Source: Lama glama (Eukaryota). Taken from it: 64,000 nucleotides of DNA. The stretch covers positions 88,786,001 to 88,850,000 of the forward strand of contig CM052817.1 in the NCBI GenBank assembly GCA_028534125.1. Reading direction: 5' to 3'. A program made the position numbers and the translations under genes. Of the stretch, positions 41,031 to 54,330 are shown one piece after another. The notes under the pieces are model-generated. The model saw only the letters and a program-made list of their open reading frames with translations, ran no database searches and was not told where the DNA came from. The first letter of the stretch is position 1. Every line of letters starts with the position of its first letter.

Positions 41031-42984
41031 TCCAAAATTCCCTTAAAGTGGATTGGAGATCACTACTCTCTTTTTTGACATATATGCTCAAACTCCATAG
41101 ACACAGTCCATGCTCTTTCAAGATTTCTTTCACCAAGCTATTTTCAGGAGTGAAAGTAGTTGGGGGAAAAAAAAGAAAGTAGTGAGAGGGTAGCCCTGAG
41201 GATTCTGCAGTTCAGCAAGTGCCCAGTAAGGGGGTAGGGTGAGATTCCATTACCTCTGTTCCCTGTGAGTTACATTTTTGTGGCTCCCTCACAGGTCTGG
41301 TGGGAGTAGCATTTCCAAGTTCATCCCCTAAAAGGCTTACAATGATGATGTCAGGGACTCTCAGTGCTGACTCCTTTCGTCCCTCCCCAGTCATCATGAA
41401 GCTCGGTGAACTGGAGAAGTAGAGTTGTGGGGAATATATTCTATTATCTCTTTATTAGTTCCTAAGGGTCTTCTTAGAAGTAAGCACACAGCATCTCTTT
41501 GTGTCAGCTGTGGGTTCTAATTTCTACGGCAGAAATTCTGCTCAGCATGCGGTTACATCAGTAAAAATGCAGTCACATGAGCAGAAAGGATTCTTTCTCT
41601 TTCCCCTAAGCTTACTTATCTGCTGAATAGTAAATTTCAATACTATTGATAGGACATATTAAATTCTGAAATATTCTTTCATAGTATTTATATCAAAGAA
41701 TTAAAAAAGCAGAAATCGTATTTGCAGGAATACAATGCATTGAACTTTTAAAGGAAAGTGATCCCAACCATAAAATAATCTGACTTTATTTTCAATAGAA
41801 TTATCTACTGAATTGCAGAAACTGTAGTATAGAGCTAATCTTCCAAGTGGATGAACAAATTTTAAAAGAGGAAAGAATAACTTCTAATAGTGTAACTCTT
41901 ACTAATGTTTCAGCCCATATACCATGTTGAGAATGTATTCTTTATTATGTACTGTCTCCTATTCAGAATCATTCAGTAAATCTTTTAGTTATTAACTGCA
42001 CACGGGATTTGTTTTTGTGCTATGATAGCTCTTCTGGAAATGAAGTTATAACACAGACTATGTGAAAATTTACAAGGTGCTAATGAGCTTTCCTCAAACA
42101 CCACAAATTATTTAAGTAACTTAATGCTGTTGTTATTTTTACAGTGTCAGAGGAGTTTTCACACTAATGTGAGGCAGCCACATAATTTATTTCTCTGTTT
42201 TCAAACTTTCAAGTATAAATCGAAAACATAAGCATAAAGTCAAAAAGAATGACAAAATTTATTCCTTTCAAATGTTTATATTAAAAAGTATTTTTAACCC
42301 CGAGAAATAGAATACAATAATATGATTGCTTTTAATCTTTAACAATCGGAAAACTTTTATTATAGATTTGAGATGGGGCATGTATAATGGGATGTTCACA
42401 TATTTAAACTGGATATTTAATTTCTACTGATTTTGGTTTTCTTTACTATATTAAAATTTGATCCATGTGTATATTTATACTACAAACCTTTCTGTGAGAG
42501 CTGTTCTCATTCCATCACACTTGAAGGTCAATTTTTGTCTTACACGGATATGTAAACATTGGATTACTATCAATTTTCTATTTTCTTAAGGAGCCCTGGG
42601 ACCTGAGAGTTAAGTCGAATTTTCAGTCTCAAGCAGGGCTAAGGACCAGAGAGAAAAACAAGCAAATTTAGAGAGTAAGTGAAGGTTGAGTTCTGGGTCT
42701 AGCACTAGCTTTGGGCTCTTGAGAGTATAGGAGATCTACTTGTACTGTTCTAAACCTAACCACCAGGAAAATGAGAAGTGGAGAGGAAGACAAGGTATGT
42801 AACATCTCTCTCACCAAGTGAAGAGCACACTTAGTAAAAAAAAAAAAAATTAAAACTTATACACAGTTAAATTCCCACCAAGGAAATAACTGAAATCAGT
42901 TTAACACTCATGTTCTCAATAACTGAATTTCTAAAGTAATATTCTACTTGCATGCCAGTATATTTAATACTTCCTGAGACCAAG

Positions 42985-43150
42985 TCCTGGATACTGCCAG
43001 ACTCAGGATTTAATTTCAGCTTCAATGCTTACTAGCTGCAGGATCTTGAAAAACTTCCTCATATGCTCTAAATCTCAGTTTCTTCAGCTCGGAGATGGGA
43101 ATGCTTGTAATGCGTTATTTCCTAAGGTTGTTTCTAGGTTTAAATTAATT
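42985..43150 (+). mobile_element. MIR SINE fragment
   Basis: cttactagctgcaggatcttgaaaaacttcctcatatgctctaaatctcagtttcttcagct. Confidence 0.7.
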
Positions 43151-43250
43151 NNNNNNNNNNNNNNNNNNNNNNNNNNNNNNNNNNNNNNNNNNNNNNNNNN
43201 NNNNNNNNNNNNNNNNNNNNNNNNNNNNNNNNNNNNNNNNNNNNNNNNNN
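43151..43250. other. Assembly gap (100 N)
   Basis: Run of N. Confidence 1.
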
Positions 43251-43735
43251 GTGGTATATTTATACAATGGAATACTACTCAGCCATAAAAACCGACAACA
43301 TAATGCCATTTGCAGCAACATGGATGCTCCTAGAGAATGTCATTCTAAGTGAAGTAAGCCAGAAAGAGAAAGAAAAATACCATATGAGATCGCTCATATG
43401 TGGATTCTAAAAAACAAAAACAAACAAAAACAAAGCATAAACACAGGACAGAAATAGACTCATGGACAGAGAATACAGACTTGTGGTTACCAGGGGGCGG
43501 GGTAGAGGCTGGGAAGGGATAGACTGGGATTTCAAAATTGTAGAATAGATAAACAAGATTACACTGTATAGCACAGGGAAATAGACACAAAATGTTATGA
43601 TAAATCACAGAGAAAAAAATGTGACAATGAGTGTGTATATGTCCATGAATGACTGAAAAATTGTGCTGAACACTGGAATTTGACACAACACTGTAAAATG
43701 ATTATGAATCAATAAAAAATGTAAAAAAAAAAAAG
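43251..43735 (+). mobile_element. Relatively young LINE-1 3' end with poly(A) tail (camelid L1-like)
   Basis: ORF2 terminus ([13 protein letters not shown]), G-rich 3' UTR tract at ~43492-43528, aataaa and A tail at ~43711-43735; 5' part lost in the gap. Confidence 0.93.
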
Positions 43736-45644
43736 AAAATCTCAGTACTTTATATAAGTTAAATCCTTTCAACAACTCTAGATAATGTGGTGCTTAGAGA
43801 GGCTAAATAACTGGAGTAAAGTCTTAAAACTAGGGAAAAAAAAAACCACGGTAATGCTTTAAGAGAGATCTGATCCTTAGGAATTGTAAATGGCAATTAA
43901 TTGTACTTATTATTAGCAAGAACAAGTACTAGATTCTACCTTAAATTATCATTTTTAAGTCTGAAACTGAAGCTGCTTTATTTGTAAGTAAAGCAAATAC
44001 AGATCAGGTTCAGAGACACTGAGCACACTAACTGGATTCTGATTTTACAACCACAACTGCAAGCATATGTGCCTTGTACATTTCTGTTAGGGTTTTGGAT
44101 GTATACCGCAGGCTAGCACTTTGCCTCGACATTGCTGCTCTGCAAACAGATGGCAAATTCCTTGCTGATTTTCAACTAAATTGTATTTTTTTTTCAGAAA
44201 CATTGAAAGTATTAAGCATCTAGAAATTTTAGACACATGTACATACAAGATTATGAAGGCAGGAAAATAAATTTTTGATGGTTAAGACTAAAATTTAACT
44301 AGATAGCTCCCGGACTGATGCCTTTTTTTCCTCTAAGGTTTTCACACTCAATTTCTCATTGTTTCTTCCTCTTAGGCTGGATTTTAGTAAAGGCAACTCT
44401 AATCTATAGAGTAGCTTTTATCTGACTAACCTAACTCTGGATTTGTAGCTGCAAAATGGCTGATGAAAAATTTATTTAAATATTGTATCTCAAACTTCAA
44501 AAGGAACATTTGTATTTCCTTCAGTACTACATCTTAAAATCAAAAGACATGCACTGTTAACTTTGGAGATTGGAAGTTAATACTTTATTTGATTTTAACC
44601 AAAAAATTGTATCTTTGCATACAGAGAAAATGAATTTCAATTCAGTAACTCTATAAGTAAGAAAAACAGGGAAAATTAAGAATGCTACATCAATATCATA
44701 TGCTAAGTAAATCTATATTTCCTATCAACTCTTATTATTTTTCTTTTTAATTACCTTTACTGATAAGAACTGACCATAAAATGTTCACACCGTAAGGGAG
44801 CTTCAAGGTTACTGAGCTGAGTATCTTTCTTCCACAGGTTCAAAATATAAAGACCAAGAATGTTAATAGAAGTTTCCAAAATGACACAGATAATGGAAAA
44901 AGTTAAACCTTAATCTGATGAAGGTTAAATGCTATTTTAACCACATGTGAATTATCCTTAGTGACTGCCAATTATGTAAACATTATAGTATATTATAATA
45001 TTAAGGCTACTTCATAACCTATTGTCTTCCATGGACTATAAAACATAGTAACAATCTATTCTGGGCCTCTATTTACTAGACATAATTGGGTAAAAAAGAA
45101 ATGACAGCAGATAATTCAGGAGGAGACATAAATCAAACATGTACAGAGCTGAATGTGGAAGTATGTACGTTCACACACACACATACCCACACACACAGTC
45201 ACTCATACACACTTTTATATATGGAGAATTTGCAAATATACACACAACTACATCTGAAAAACTATGAGAGGGCTGTGAAAGAAGTTTTGGTGTAAGAATT
45301 ACTAGAATATATATAAAAGATTACTAGGATATATATATATTACTATATACATATATAAGTAGATCTTAAATAAATATTTCTTTAAGATCCATTAGTGTTG
45401 AGCTTTCTCAGGTGTAGAAAGTTTCGTGGTGGAAAGAGATTTTGTTTCTGATCGAGGTGGAAGGTAAAAAAATACTCAGTGGGGTAGAGCCATAATGCAG
45501 GCATGCTTCAGTGCCCTCAGTTCTAATATCAGATCCTCCTCAAATTCTGTCTTATGATGTCCTTATTCCATTTCTATCCTCAAGTAACTACATATGTATG
45601 AGTACCATTAACCTATTAGTTGAGCTGTCAAAAGTTCTGGAGAA

Positions 45645-45900
45645 AATTTTACTTTATTTTGAAATATTTCAAGTATATAAAATATATAAAGAACATAAAA
45701 ATATTCTATATCCATTATTAACAAATAAAACTTACAACAGAGCTAAATCTCCACTGATGGTATTCCTCTTCCACACAGAGGTGCTTACAATTCTGAATTT
45801 GTGTTTATCACCCCCTTGCATTTCTTTATATTTTACTATATATATCTGCATCCTGAACCATTGTGAACAAATTAGAACTATTCATATCAACATAATAAGT
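45645..45900 (-). mobile_element. Old LINE-1 3' UTR fragment (L1ME-like)
   Basis: tttattttgaaatatttcaagtatata...cagaggtgcttacaattctgaatttgtgtttatcacccccttgcatttctttatattttactat. Confidence 0.6.
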
Positions 45901-47407
45901 ATTAAAAACATAATACTTATATAAAAGTGAAAGAAGATAGTTGGTAAAAAGTATGCAGTATATAAATGGTAATCATATGAACTTTTAATTCTGCATCAAT
46001 GTATAAACAAACATTTTGTATCTCCTTATGTCTTTCCTAGTTTAGATCTAGTTCATGTGGCTGGCTAAATAATGCATTATATTTTATTTAATAAAAACTC
46101 TAGTCCCTGCTTGCAGTCACTAATAGAATCACGTGAATGTGTTTCTATGACCTAGCAACAAGAAGCAATGTACCCAATTACTGTCTCTATTATTTTGGAT
46201 CTCTCAGAAGGAGCTAACGCTGTTTCCTCCTGTCTCCTGGTATCTGACATTGTACCACAGCTTTATTTACCAAGATGCCCACTAGTTCTGAGTGTTTGGA
46301 TTTGTGTGTTTTTGTGTGTGTGGGGGGGTGTTTGCATGTTGGTATCATTCAGGCCAGTTGTTCCTTCTCTATTTCTGCTGCTGACATTTTATCACTACCT
46401 GGCAGAAAATGTGTAGGTCTTTTCATTCTCCATTACTTGGTCTCTCTGTCATAATGTAATATATAGACTAATATTTGCTCACTAGTAGCTTTTGCCTTCT
46501 GGATGTATCTTACCTAAGACTCACATCCTCTGATATAAATGCAATAATTAAGTTTCTCTGTGAAATGAACCATTAAAGCTTTAGCACAAAGGTCTTTATA
46601 AGGTATGAGAGACTGAATATAACTTTATTAATTGGGTTGCTGCTGTTTCTCTCCCTCAGCTTTCGTCACAAAAAGCAATTGCTGTGCATCCCTGTGTTAT
46701 AAAATCACATCTAGCATAGAGAGTAAAATGAACAATTTAATTAATTAAGTATTCTGTGCAAAAATACTAACTCAAGGAAGAAGAAAGAAACCCACTGAAT
46801 AAGTTGACTCTGAAAACCTAAAGAGGTTTCCCATTAGAATTAAAGAGTATAAAATCCAAAGTTATCTCTGACCCTTATGAAAAGTTGCATGCTCTTGTGA
46901 GAGCAAACACAATCACATCAGACACATATATTGAGGAAATGCAATGAAGAGCAATGAAACTTAATTGAAGTGCTCTTGGCCATTAGAGTCAGGCCTCTTG
47001 TGGAATAGAGGCACAAGCTATTAGGCCTCGCTCTTACTATTGCTATTTAACGCCAGTTTATTGTAGGTAATTGCATCTTCTTCTGCTCCATTTAAATTAG
47101 TCAAACTTACGTTTTGAAATGTGTAAATACAGATTCAACCTTGGGGAAATTTGTTAACAATATTAACAATATTTGCATTTCACTAATGGTGATAGACACA
47201 TTCTTACCATTTCCAATTACTATCCACAATTATGTTTAAATAATAAATGAAGAGATTAGATAAAGTTTACTAATTACTTTGAAAAATGATGTATTTTACT
47301 AAATGCTTTACCAAGAAAATAATTGCATTATATCAATAATCAGTTATTTCACTGGAATAAATATTTGCCTTCAACATAGCTGTATTTAAAATATTTTAAA
47401 GCCTCAT

Positions 47408-47594
47408 AGCGGTAGGGGATTAAGAAATACAAATATTATGTATAAAATGAGCAGCAAGGATATACTGTGCAACACAAGGAATACAGCTGATATTTTATGG
47501 TCACTATAAATGGAGTATAACCTTTAAAAATTGTGAATCACTACATTGTACATCTGTAATTTATATAATGTTGTATATAACCTATAGTTCAATA
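47408..47594 (+). mobile_element. Short 5'-truncated LINE-1 (3' UTR only) with 20-bp TSD
   Basis: gcaaggatatactgtgcaacacaaggaata...tggagtataacctttaaaaattgtgaatcact; TSD aaaatattttaaagcctcat (47388-47407) / aaaatatttcaaagcctcat (47595-47614). Confidence 0.9.
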
Positions 47595-47636
47595 AAAATA
47601 TTTCAAAGCCTCATCATTTACCCTGTAACTTCAGTT

Positions 47637-47661
47637 ACACACACACACACACACACACACA
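47637..47661. repeat. (CA)n microsatellite
   Basis: Direct observation. Confidence 0.95.
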
Positions 47662-48799
47662 TTCAAAAGACAGTACCTGTTTGGGCCTGTATAATAAAGC
47701 TCGTTTTTTTTCCTTCATTTGAATCATTTTGTTTTTCTCTTGACTTGAAGTAATAGTTTTCATTTTGATAATTCATGCAGGATAATTAGTTGCAGGAGTT
47801 CCACAAGTGACTGTATGAAGTAGGTGGAGGTCAGAACTTCATACCAGCAGAGTCAGGTGGACAATGTGTTCTTTCCTTGCATCTCTGCACAGGGATGTGA
47901 CTTTGATCTTCAAAAATAGTACACACCAGATATATATGAAGAAATGTAAAGTAAGATACATAATAATTGAGTAAAGAAGAAATGACACAATGAATGTGAT
48001 AGATGTAAAGAAATATGATAGTCATTTAAAAATGATACCATTCTTCAAACATTATAAAAGGACTAGATGAAATAAAAAAGTTATGAATTTTTGACTTTTC
48101 TTGTAACATACAATTGTAAAAAGCAAAGTGGGTATTTAATAGTTCTGATCATTTTCAAATAACAACTCTGGATGTTTATTAACAATTTCTCCCTCCATCC
48201 ACCCCCACATGTATACCATCACATTGACTTTTCCTTGAAAAGCAGTACTTTGGTATCAGCTGTAAATGTTTTGAGGTAACTTATAAGGAGAAACTTGAGT
48301 TCTGTGTAATGCTCATGAGAGGATAACCATGCATAAAAATAAGGTCAAGGAATTGACATTATTCCACAGATGTCATTAGCACAAAGCATTGCCAAAGGCC
48401 TTTCTTTTGCTTTTACACTTAAAAATTTTTATCAATAACTTAAATAACATTTTAATCAAGATGAGATAACAAATATTTTAATACTCTGGACTGAAGACTC
48501 ATAATCCAAAATGATCCTGACAGATTGGAGCACATGTGCCTAATACGACATGTCTATTTTTAAAGGGAAAAAATATACAGCCTTGTTAGTAAAGGCTAAT
48601 TGATGAGTTCATGAAACATCTGAGAAAGTAGTAATTTAAACAAAATATATAATTACTTTAATTAAATAAAATATGTAATCCAATCACAAAATTCACCAAT
48701 TGACAAGACAAAGATAAACTTGAGTTAAGAACAGAATTTCTAGAAATAAAAACTATTTTTATTTAAAAATTTTATTATCCAAAAAAGGATTAGTATACT

Positions 48800-49935
48800 G
48801 AATGATGTATTTGCAGATACTGAAAATAATTTAGCCTGGGGTAGACAAAGAATGAATGAGATAGTACCAGATAAGTTAGAAAGAAAAGAAACAGGAAACA
48901 AACATAATATAGAGAAAAAGAATAAATGTAAAGTTTGTTCTTTAAAAAAAAAGATAGAAAAATCTCTGGCTAGATTGAACAAAAAACAAAAAAGAACAGA
49001 CACAAATTAAAAAAAATCAGTAAAAAAAATCAGAAATAGATGCATGTGAAACTGACTATTATATTAAATGTTGAAGGTTTTGATGAAATATTAAAATTTC
49101 TAGAAAAATATAACTTGAATGTGAATCACAGAAAACTTAGATATTCCTATAAATCCTAAATAAGTTGAAGTATTCATAATGAAACTCACAAGGAAAACAC
49201 AAGGCCCAGGTGATTGTTAAACTGAAGAGCTACTAGGTATTATTGGAGCATAATATTCAAATCTTATCCAAAGTTTTGAAGATAATGCATAAGAAGGAAT
49301 ATTCTCCATCTTATTCAGGGGTGCCAGACTACTTTTAAATCAAAAAGAGATAGAAATTTTATTAAGGAATATTAGTCAACTTCTTCCTCAACAAAGAGCA
49401 CAGTCTCTTTAACAAACTACTAAACTATATTCTACCAGTATAATGGTTAATTCAACATGGAAAGTTGATTTTATCCTGAGAATGGACAAGGATAGGTAAA
49501 CAAATGAAATCTATACATAGCATTTAATGTATTAACAGAGTAAAGATAATAAAGAGCAAACATGGCAGATTCAGATTATATATTGCCAAAGTCTGATATG
49601 TCTTTACACTATTAATAGAAATCTTAAACAATTAGGAAACAAAGAAAATTTCTGAAAATGATGAATACCTACAAAACTCTTATTGCACAACATCAATCAT
49701 TGAAAAATTGGGTAATCTTGGGAAAATACTTTAAAAATAAGAAAAATACAAGGATACCGACAATCTCAGCTACCATAAACATTGTATTCATTGTAATCCT
49801 AATTAGCATTATAAAATAAGCAAAATAAATTGAAGGCACAAAGTTAGAAAAGACAAAATAAAACATAATTTTTCTAAGATAATATGATAGGCCATTGTAG
49901 AAAACTCAAAAGAATCTGTAGGTACACTTTTAGAA
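48800..49935 (+). mobile_element. Ancient decayed LINE-1 ORF2 (linker/RT region)
   Basis: A-rich sense strand with ORF2 remnants: aaatctctggctagattgaac, tgatgaaat..aaatttctagaaaaatataact, aggcccaggtgatt, caaggataccg, tgtagaaaactcaaaagaatc. Confidence 0.75.
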
Positions 49936-50698
49936 GATGAGCCAAAGACTTGAATAGACATTTTTCCAAATACAAATGGTCAGCTGACACATTAAAAAAA
50001 TGCTCAAAATTGCTAATCACCAGAAGAATGCAAATCAAAACCATAATGAGATATCACTTCACACCTATCAAAATGGCTATTATCAAAAAGTCTGGGAATA
50101 ACAAATGTTGGCAAGGATATGGAGAAAAGAGAACCCTAGTACACTGTTTATCGGATTATACACACTGGTGCAGAAATTATGGAAAATAGTATAGAGGTTC
50201 CTCACAAAATTAAAAATAGAACTGCCACATGATTCAGAAATTCAACTGCTGGATATATACTCAAAGAAACACAAATATTAATTAGAAAAGATACATGCAC
50301 ACCAGTGTTTATAGCAGCATTATTTACAGTAGCCAAGATATGGAAGCAAACTTAATGCCCATTAACAGATGACTGAATAAAGAATATATAATGGAATTTT
50401 ACTCATAAAAATGGAAAGTTTGCCATTTGCAACAATGGAGATGGACCTAGAGAGTATTATGCTTAGTGAAATAAATCAAAGACAATTATTATATATTATC
50501 AATTACATGTGGAATCCAGAGAATAAAATTCTAGAATCTAGAAACAGACTCACAGATATAGAGAGCAAATTAGTGGTTACCACTGGGGAGAGGGAAGGTG
50601 GGCAGGACAAGGTAAGGATGTAAGATAAACAGACACAAATTACTATGTATAAAATGAACAAGCAACAGGGATATATTGTATAACACAGGGAAATATAT
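49936..50698 (+). mobile_element. Younger LINE-1 ORF2 C-terminus and 3' UTR, lacking the terminal poly(A)
   Basis: ORF 49950..50189 (NRHFSK...[28 protein letters not shown]) is L1 ORF2; the 3' UTR runs to acagggaaatat. Confidence 0.9.
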
Positions 50699-51060
50699 TA
50701 GGGAAGTTTTCAGTTATTATTCCTTGAAATAATTTCCCTGTCACTTTGCCTCTTCTTCTCCATAGTGTGAATGTTAGTACACCTGATGTAATTCTAGAGA
50801 TCTCTTAAATTATCCTCAATTTTTAAATTCCTTTTTCTCTTTTCTGTTCAGTTTAATTGATTTCCTCTACTCTATCTTTCAATTTGCTGCTCTGTTTCTC
50901 TGTACAATCTAATCTACCATTGATTAGTTTTCTTCTTTTTTCAGTTATTGTATTTGTTTGTTTGGTTCTTTTTTATACTTTGTAACTATTCAAATTCTCA
51001 CTGTGTTCATCTATTCTTCTCTCAAGTTCATTGAGCATCTGTACAATCATTACGGTGAAC
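50699..51060 (-). mobile_element. LINE-1 ORF1-region fragment, antisense
   Basis: gggaagttttcagttattattccttgaaata...tttcctctactctatctttcaatttgctg...ttcattgagcatc typical of antisense L1 ORF1. Confidence 0.7.
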
Positions 51061-51560
51061 NNNNNNNNNNNNNNNNNNNNNNNNNNNNNNNNNNNNNNNN
51101 NNNNNNNNNNNNNNNNNNNNNNNNNNNNNNNNNNNNNNNNNNNNNNNNNNNNNNNNNNNNNNNNNNNNNNNNNNNNNNNNNNNNNNNNNNNNNNNNNNNN
51201 NNNNNNNNNNNNNNNNNNNNNNNNNNNNNNNNNNNNNNNNNNNNNNNNNNNNNNNNNNNNNNNNNNNNNNNNNNNNNNNNNNNNNNNNNNNNNNNNNNNN
51301 NNNNNNNNNNNNNNNNNNNNNNNNNNNNNNNNNNNNNNNNNNNNNNNNNNNNNNNNNNNNNNNNNNNNNNNNNNNNNNNNNNNNNNNNNNNNNNNNNNNN
51401 NNNNNNNNNNNNNNNNNNNNNNNNNNNNNNNNNNNNNNNNNNNNNNNNNNNNNNNNNNNNNNNNNNNNNNNNNNNNNNNNNNNNNNNNNNNNNNNNNNNN
51501 NNNNNNNNNNNNNNNNNNNNNNNNNNNNNNNNNNNNNNNNNNNNNNNNNNNNNNNNNNNN
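51061..51560. other. Assembly gap (500 N)
   Basis: Run of N. Confidence 1.
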
Positions 51561-53339
51561 TTGGGGTTTTTAATAATGTCTATAAGAAAATAATCCAATT
51601 TAAGGGGCTAACATTTGAAAAAAATCATTTTAAGTTCATTTATATTTGAAGTGAGCAACAACGTTTACATTTATAAACTGTCACTATTTACTGCATTTTC
51701 CATGGTTTATGACACTCTACAACTCTTATAATTTATTTTACCACCTATGACATTCATAAAATATAAATATTTACAGTTTGGACAAGTCAATCTCTGTAAT
51801 AAAACTAGTCGACAAGAGTTCTTACTCATTTCTATTGAATGAAAAGTAAACACAGAAAAAGAAATAGCAAAATGTATCCTTTATGATAGCGAAAAGAGTT
51901 AAATAAAACTTAATTTCATCAAGAAGTTTTCTTAAACTGATTAGTGAATACATGTTCTTTATTCAGTGATAAATCTCTTTTTCAGCTCACAGAAGGAAGC
52001 TAAATAATTTACCTGAAGAAAGTACTTTTAAGTTCAAAAATAGTGCTCCAAAACAGCTTTCCTGAATTAAACTGTTGTGCCTTCTAAAAGGGAGATATAT
52101 CTCTGATACATTTTTCGTTCTCAAATAGGGATTTACAATAGTTTTTATTGATAGAATCATGCCAATTACTACATAATCATTCTCAATTATCCAAAATGAA
52201 TATATTGTTCCATATTCTTCGCATTCTCAATAACACATAAATACTACAGTACTTCATTAATCATGTATGTTGTTCTGTGGATTCATCTGTCTATTCAATG
52301 ATTTCATTAAATAAACTATAATTTTCTTGGGTGATTTATATTTTATTTGTTTTTCCCAACATGGATTTCAATTTGAGAAGATAGAATTACTTAGTAAATT
52401 GTTTTAAATATGAATAAAGAGAAGTATGCATATATAAGTAGACAGAAAGATAGAAGGTGGTAAATCATATCTTCCCACATAAACCACATGTTATTGAAGT
52501 ATCTCTTAGTTTTCTGTATTGCTACAAAAAAATAAATTTTTAATGAAAACATTTAATGACTTTCTCCACTTTTTAAAGTAGGTTATTTTCACCAGTTTTT
52601 GACCTATTTAAAATATTTTTGTTCTTAACATACATGTTGCTTAAAGGAAATTAATTGATTTTCTAAAGATATGCTTTTTAATTAAAAATGTACATCTTAT
52701 AATATAACCTAATTTAAACTATAGTGAATATGATGAGATTAATTATAAATTAGTCAGATTTAAACTGTGTTCATGTTCAACAACTGCATTGTCATTCATT
52801 CCATAAGCCATTTATGTAAAAATATATAATATACATTAAATGAAACTCTATAGATTTTCCTAAGAATGTGCATAACTTAACTATCAGGTTTGAATAAAAG
52901 ACAGCATCACTTTTATTTTTAAATAAGTTAAACATTGCTTTCATATTTCCATTAATTTCAAAATATAATACATATTCAAAAGCCTACTGAAACTTATAAT
53001 AAAATAAATGAATAAGTCACCTTTTAATTACTTTCTTCAAAGGCAGTAAACTCTTCATTAACTATGAAGTTATGGTGTATGTAAAGCACTATAGAGGAAT
53101 TTAAATTTTTATGAAATGTTAAATAAGCCTCCATAGAACTTTTATAGAATTTCAGCCAGAGTCAATATTTGCTTTTATCTCCCCATGTAATGCAGCTCCA
53201 TGGTAAATTAGTTTGCTCAGTAATACTTGAAAATAAACTAGGTCTATATTAGAAATATTCACTGAGCATCTACTGGCTTTGACAATCCAACTTTTATCTA
53301 TTAGTCTGTCTTTGAACAAGCAGTGTTCATAATGAATTG

Positions 53340-53825
53340 GAAATGTATTTATTGAACTCTTACTATGTACCAGGAATTATTCATCCAAGGCACTGAGATA
53401 AGTTGGCGAACAAAAAAAGACAAAATCTTTGTCATATTGAAGGCTAGATTTAGAGGAGGGAGAAAAATATGCAAACATACACATTCATATACATACAACC
53501 AAAAACAATCAATGAAGAAGCAAAATTCCTGTAACAATAAGCACAATAATAGGGTTCTGGAAGTCAAATAGTAGGTGGTCTCCATTATCGTGAGCAAAGA
53601 AAGCTTTCAGATAAGATGACTACATGTTTGAGCTAACACAAGAAAGATGAAAAGAAGACAGTCATGCTAAGAGCAAAGGAAAGAAAGAACATTGCAAATG
53701 GAAAATTTAGTGCAGGAGTTCTAAAGCAGAAGCGAGCAGGGCATATATGTGGAACAAAAAGAACACCAGAGTGGCTGTAGCATAAGGAAGGATAAGAGAT
53801 GAATTCAAAGAGGCTGGTGAATATA
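53340..53825 (-). mobile_element. LINE-2 3' region
   Basis: tatttattgaactcttactatgtaccagg...aaggcactgagata...agacaaaatc...ccagagtggctgtagc. Confidence 0.7.
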
Positions 53826-53999
53826 GGCTACAAACTAATACATGTGTAAACACAAATTTAAAGACTGGCTGTCACAGTTACATAGAAATACAAACAGGTA
53901 AAATGCATTTCAAATAGAAACAAGATCTCATGTGCAGGACAACATTAAATGACTCACACAGGCTAATACAATGAATGTACCCCTACAGCAATAAATATA

Positions 54000-54330
54000 C
54001 CCCTAAATGTGTAACGTTTCCACACGATAAACTTTTATTCCTCAATTAGGTATTTAGATCAAGGCAGATGCAGGTTGGTGGAAGTACTCTATTTTACATA
54101 GCAATTCAATAATAAGCCGTCAGAGACACTGAGTCTTCAACATGTGTCCTCCAAGATTGCCCCTGGCAGACATTCAGCTGGCAGAGGGATAAGGGTACAA
54201 AGGTTCATGAGTGGAAGACGCTTATTAATGGGCCAGGAGGTAGGAGAGGCATTAGTTACTTACATTCAGCTTAGTTGTATAGAACTCAATCAAGTGGCCA
54301 CATTTAAAAAGGGAGGCCAGGATATAAAAT
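54000..54330 (-). mobile_element. Old MaLR LTR (MLT1J/K-like)
   Basis: tcttcaacatgtgtcctccaag...gggccaggag...cttacattc...agaactcaatcaagtggccaca...aagggaggccagg. Confidence 0.55.

Noticed and set aside
45511..45924. 137-aa ORF, the longest outside gaps
   Set aside because: Non-ATG start, low-complexity I/L/Y composition, overlaps an antisense old L1 fragment.
50958..51598. Long ORFs of 180-211 aa
   Set aside because: Artefacts of translating through the 500-N gap.
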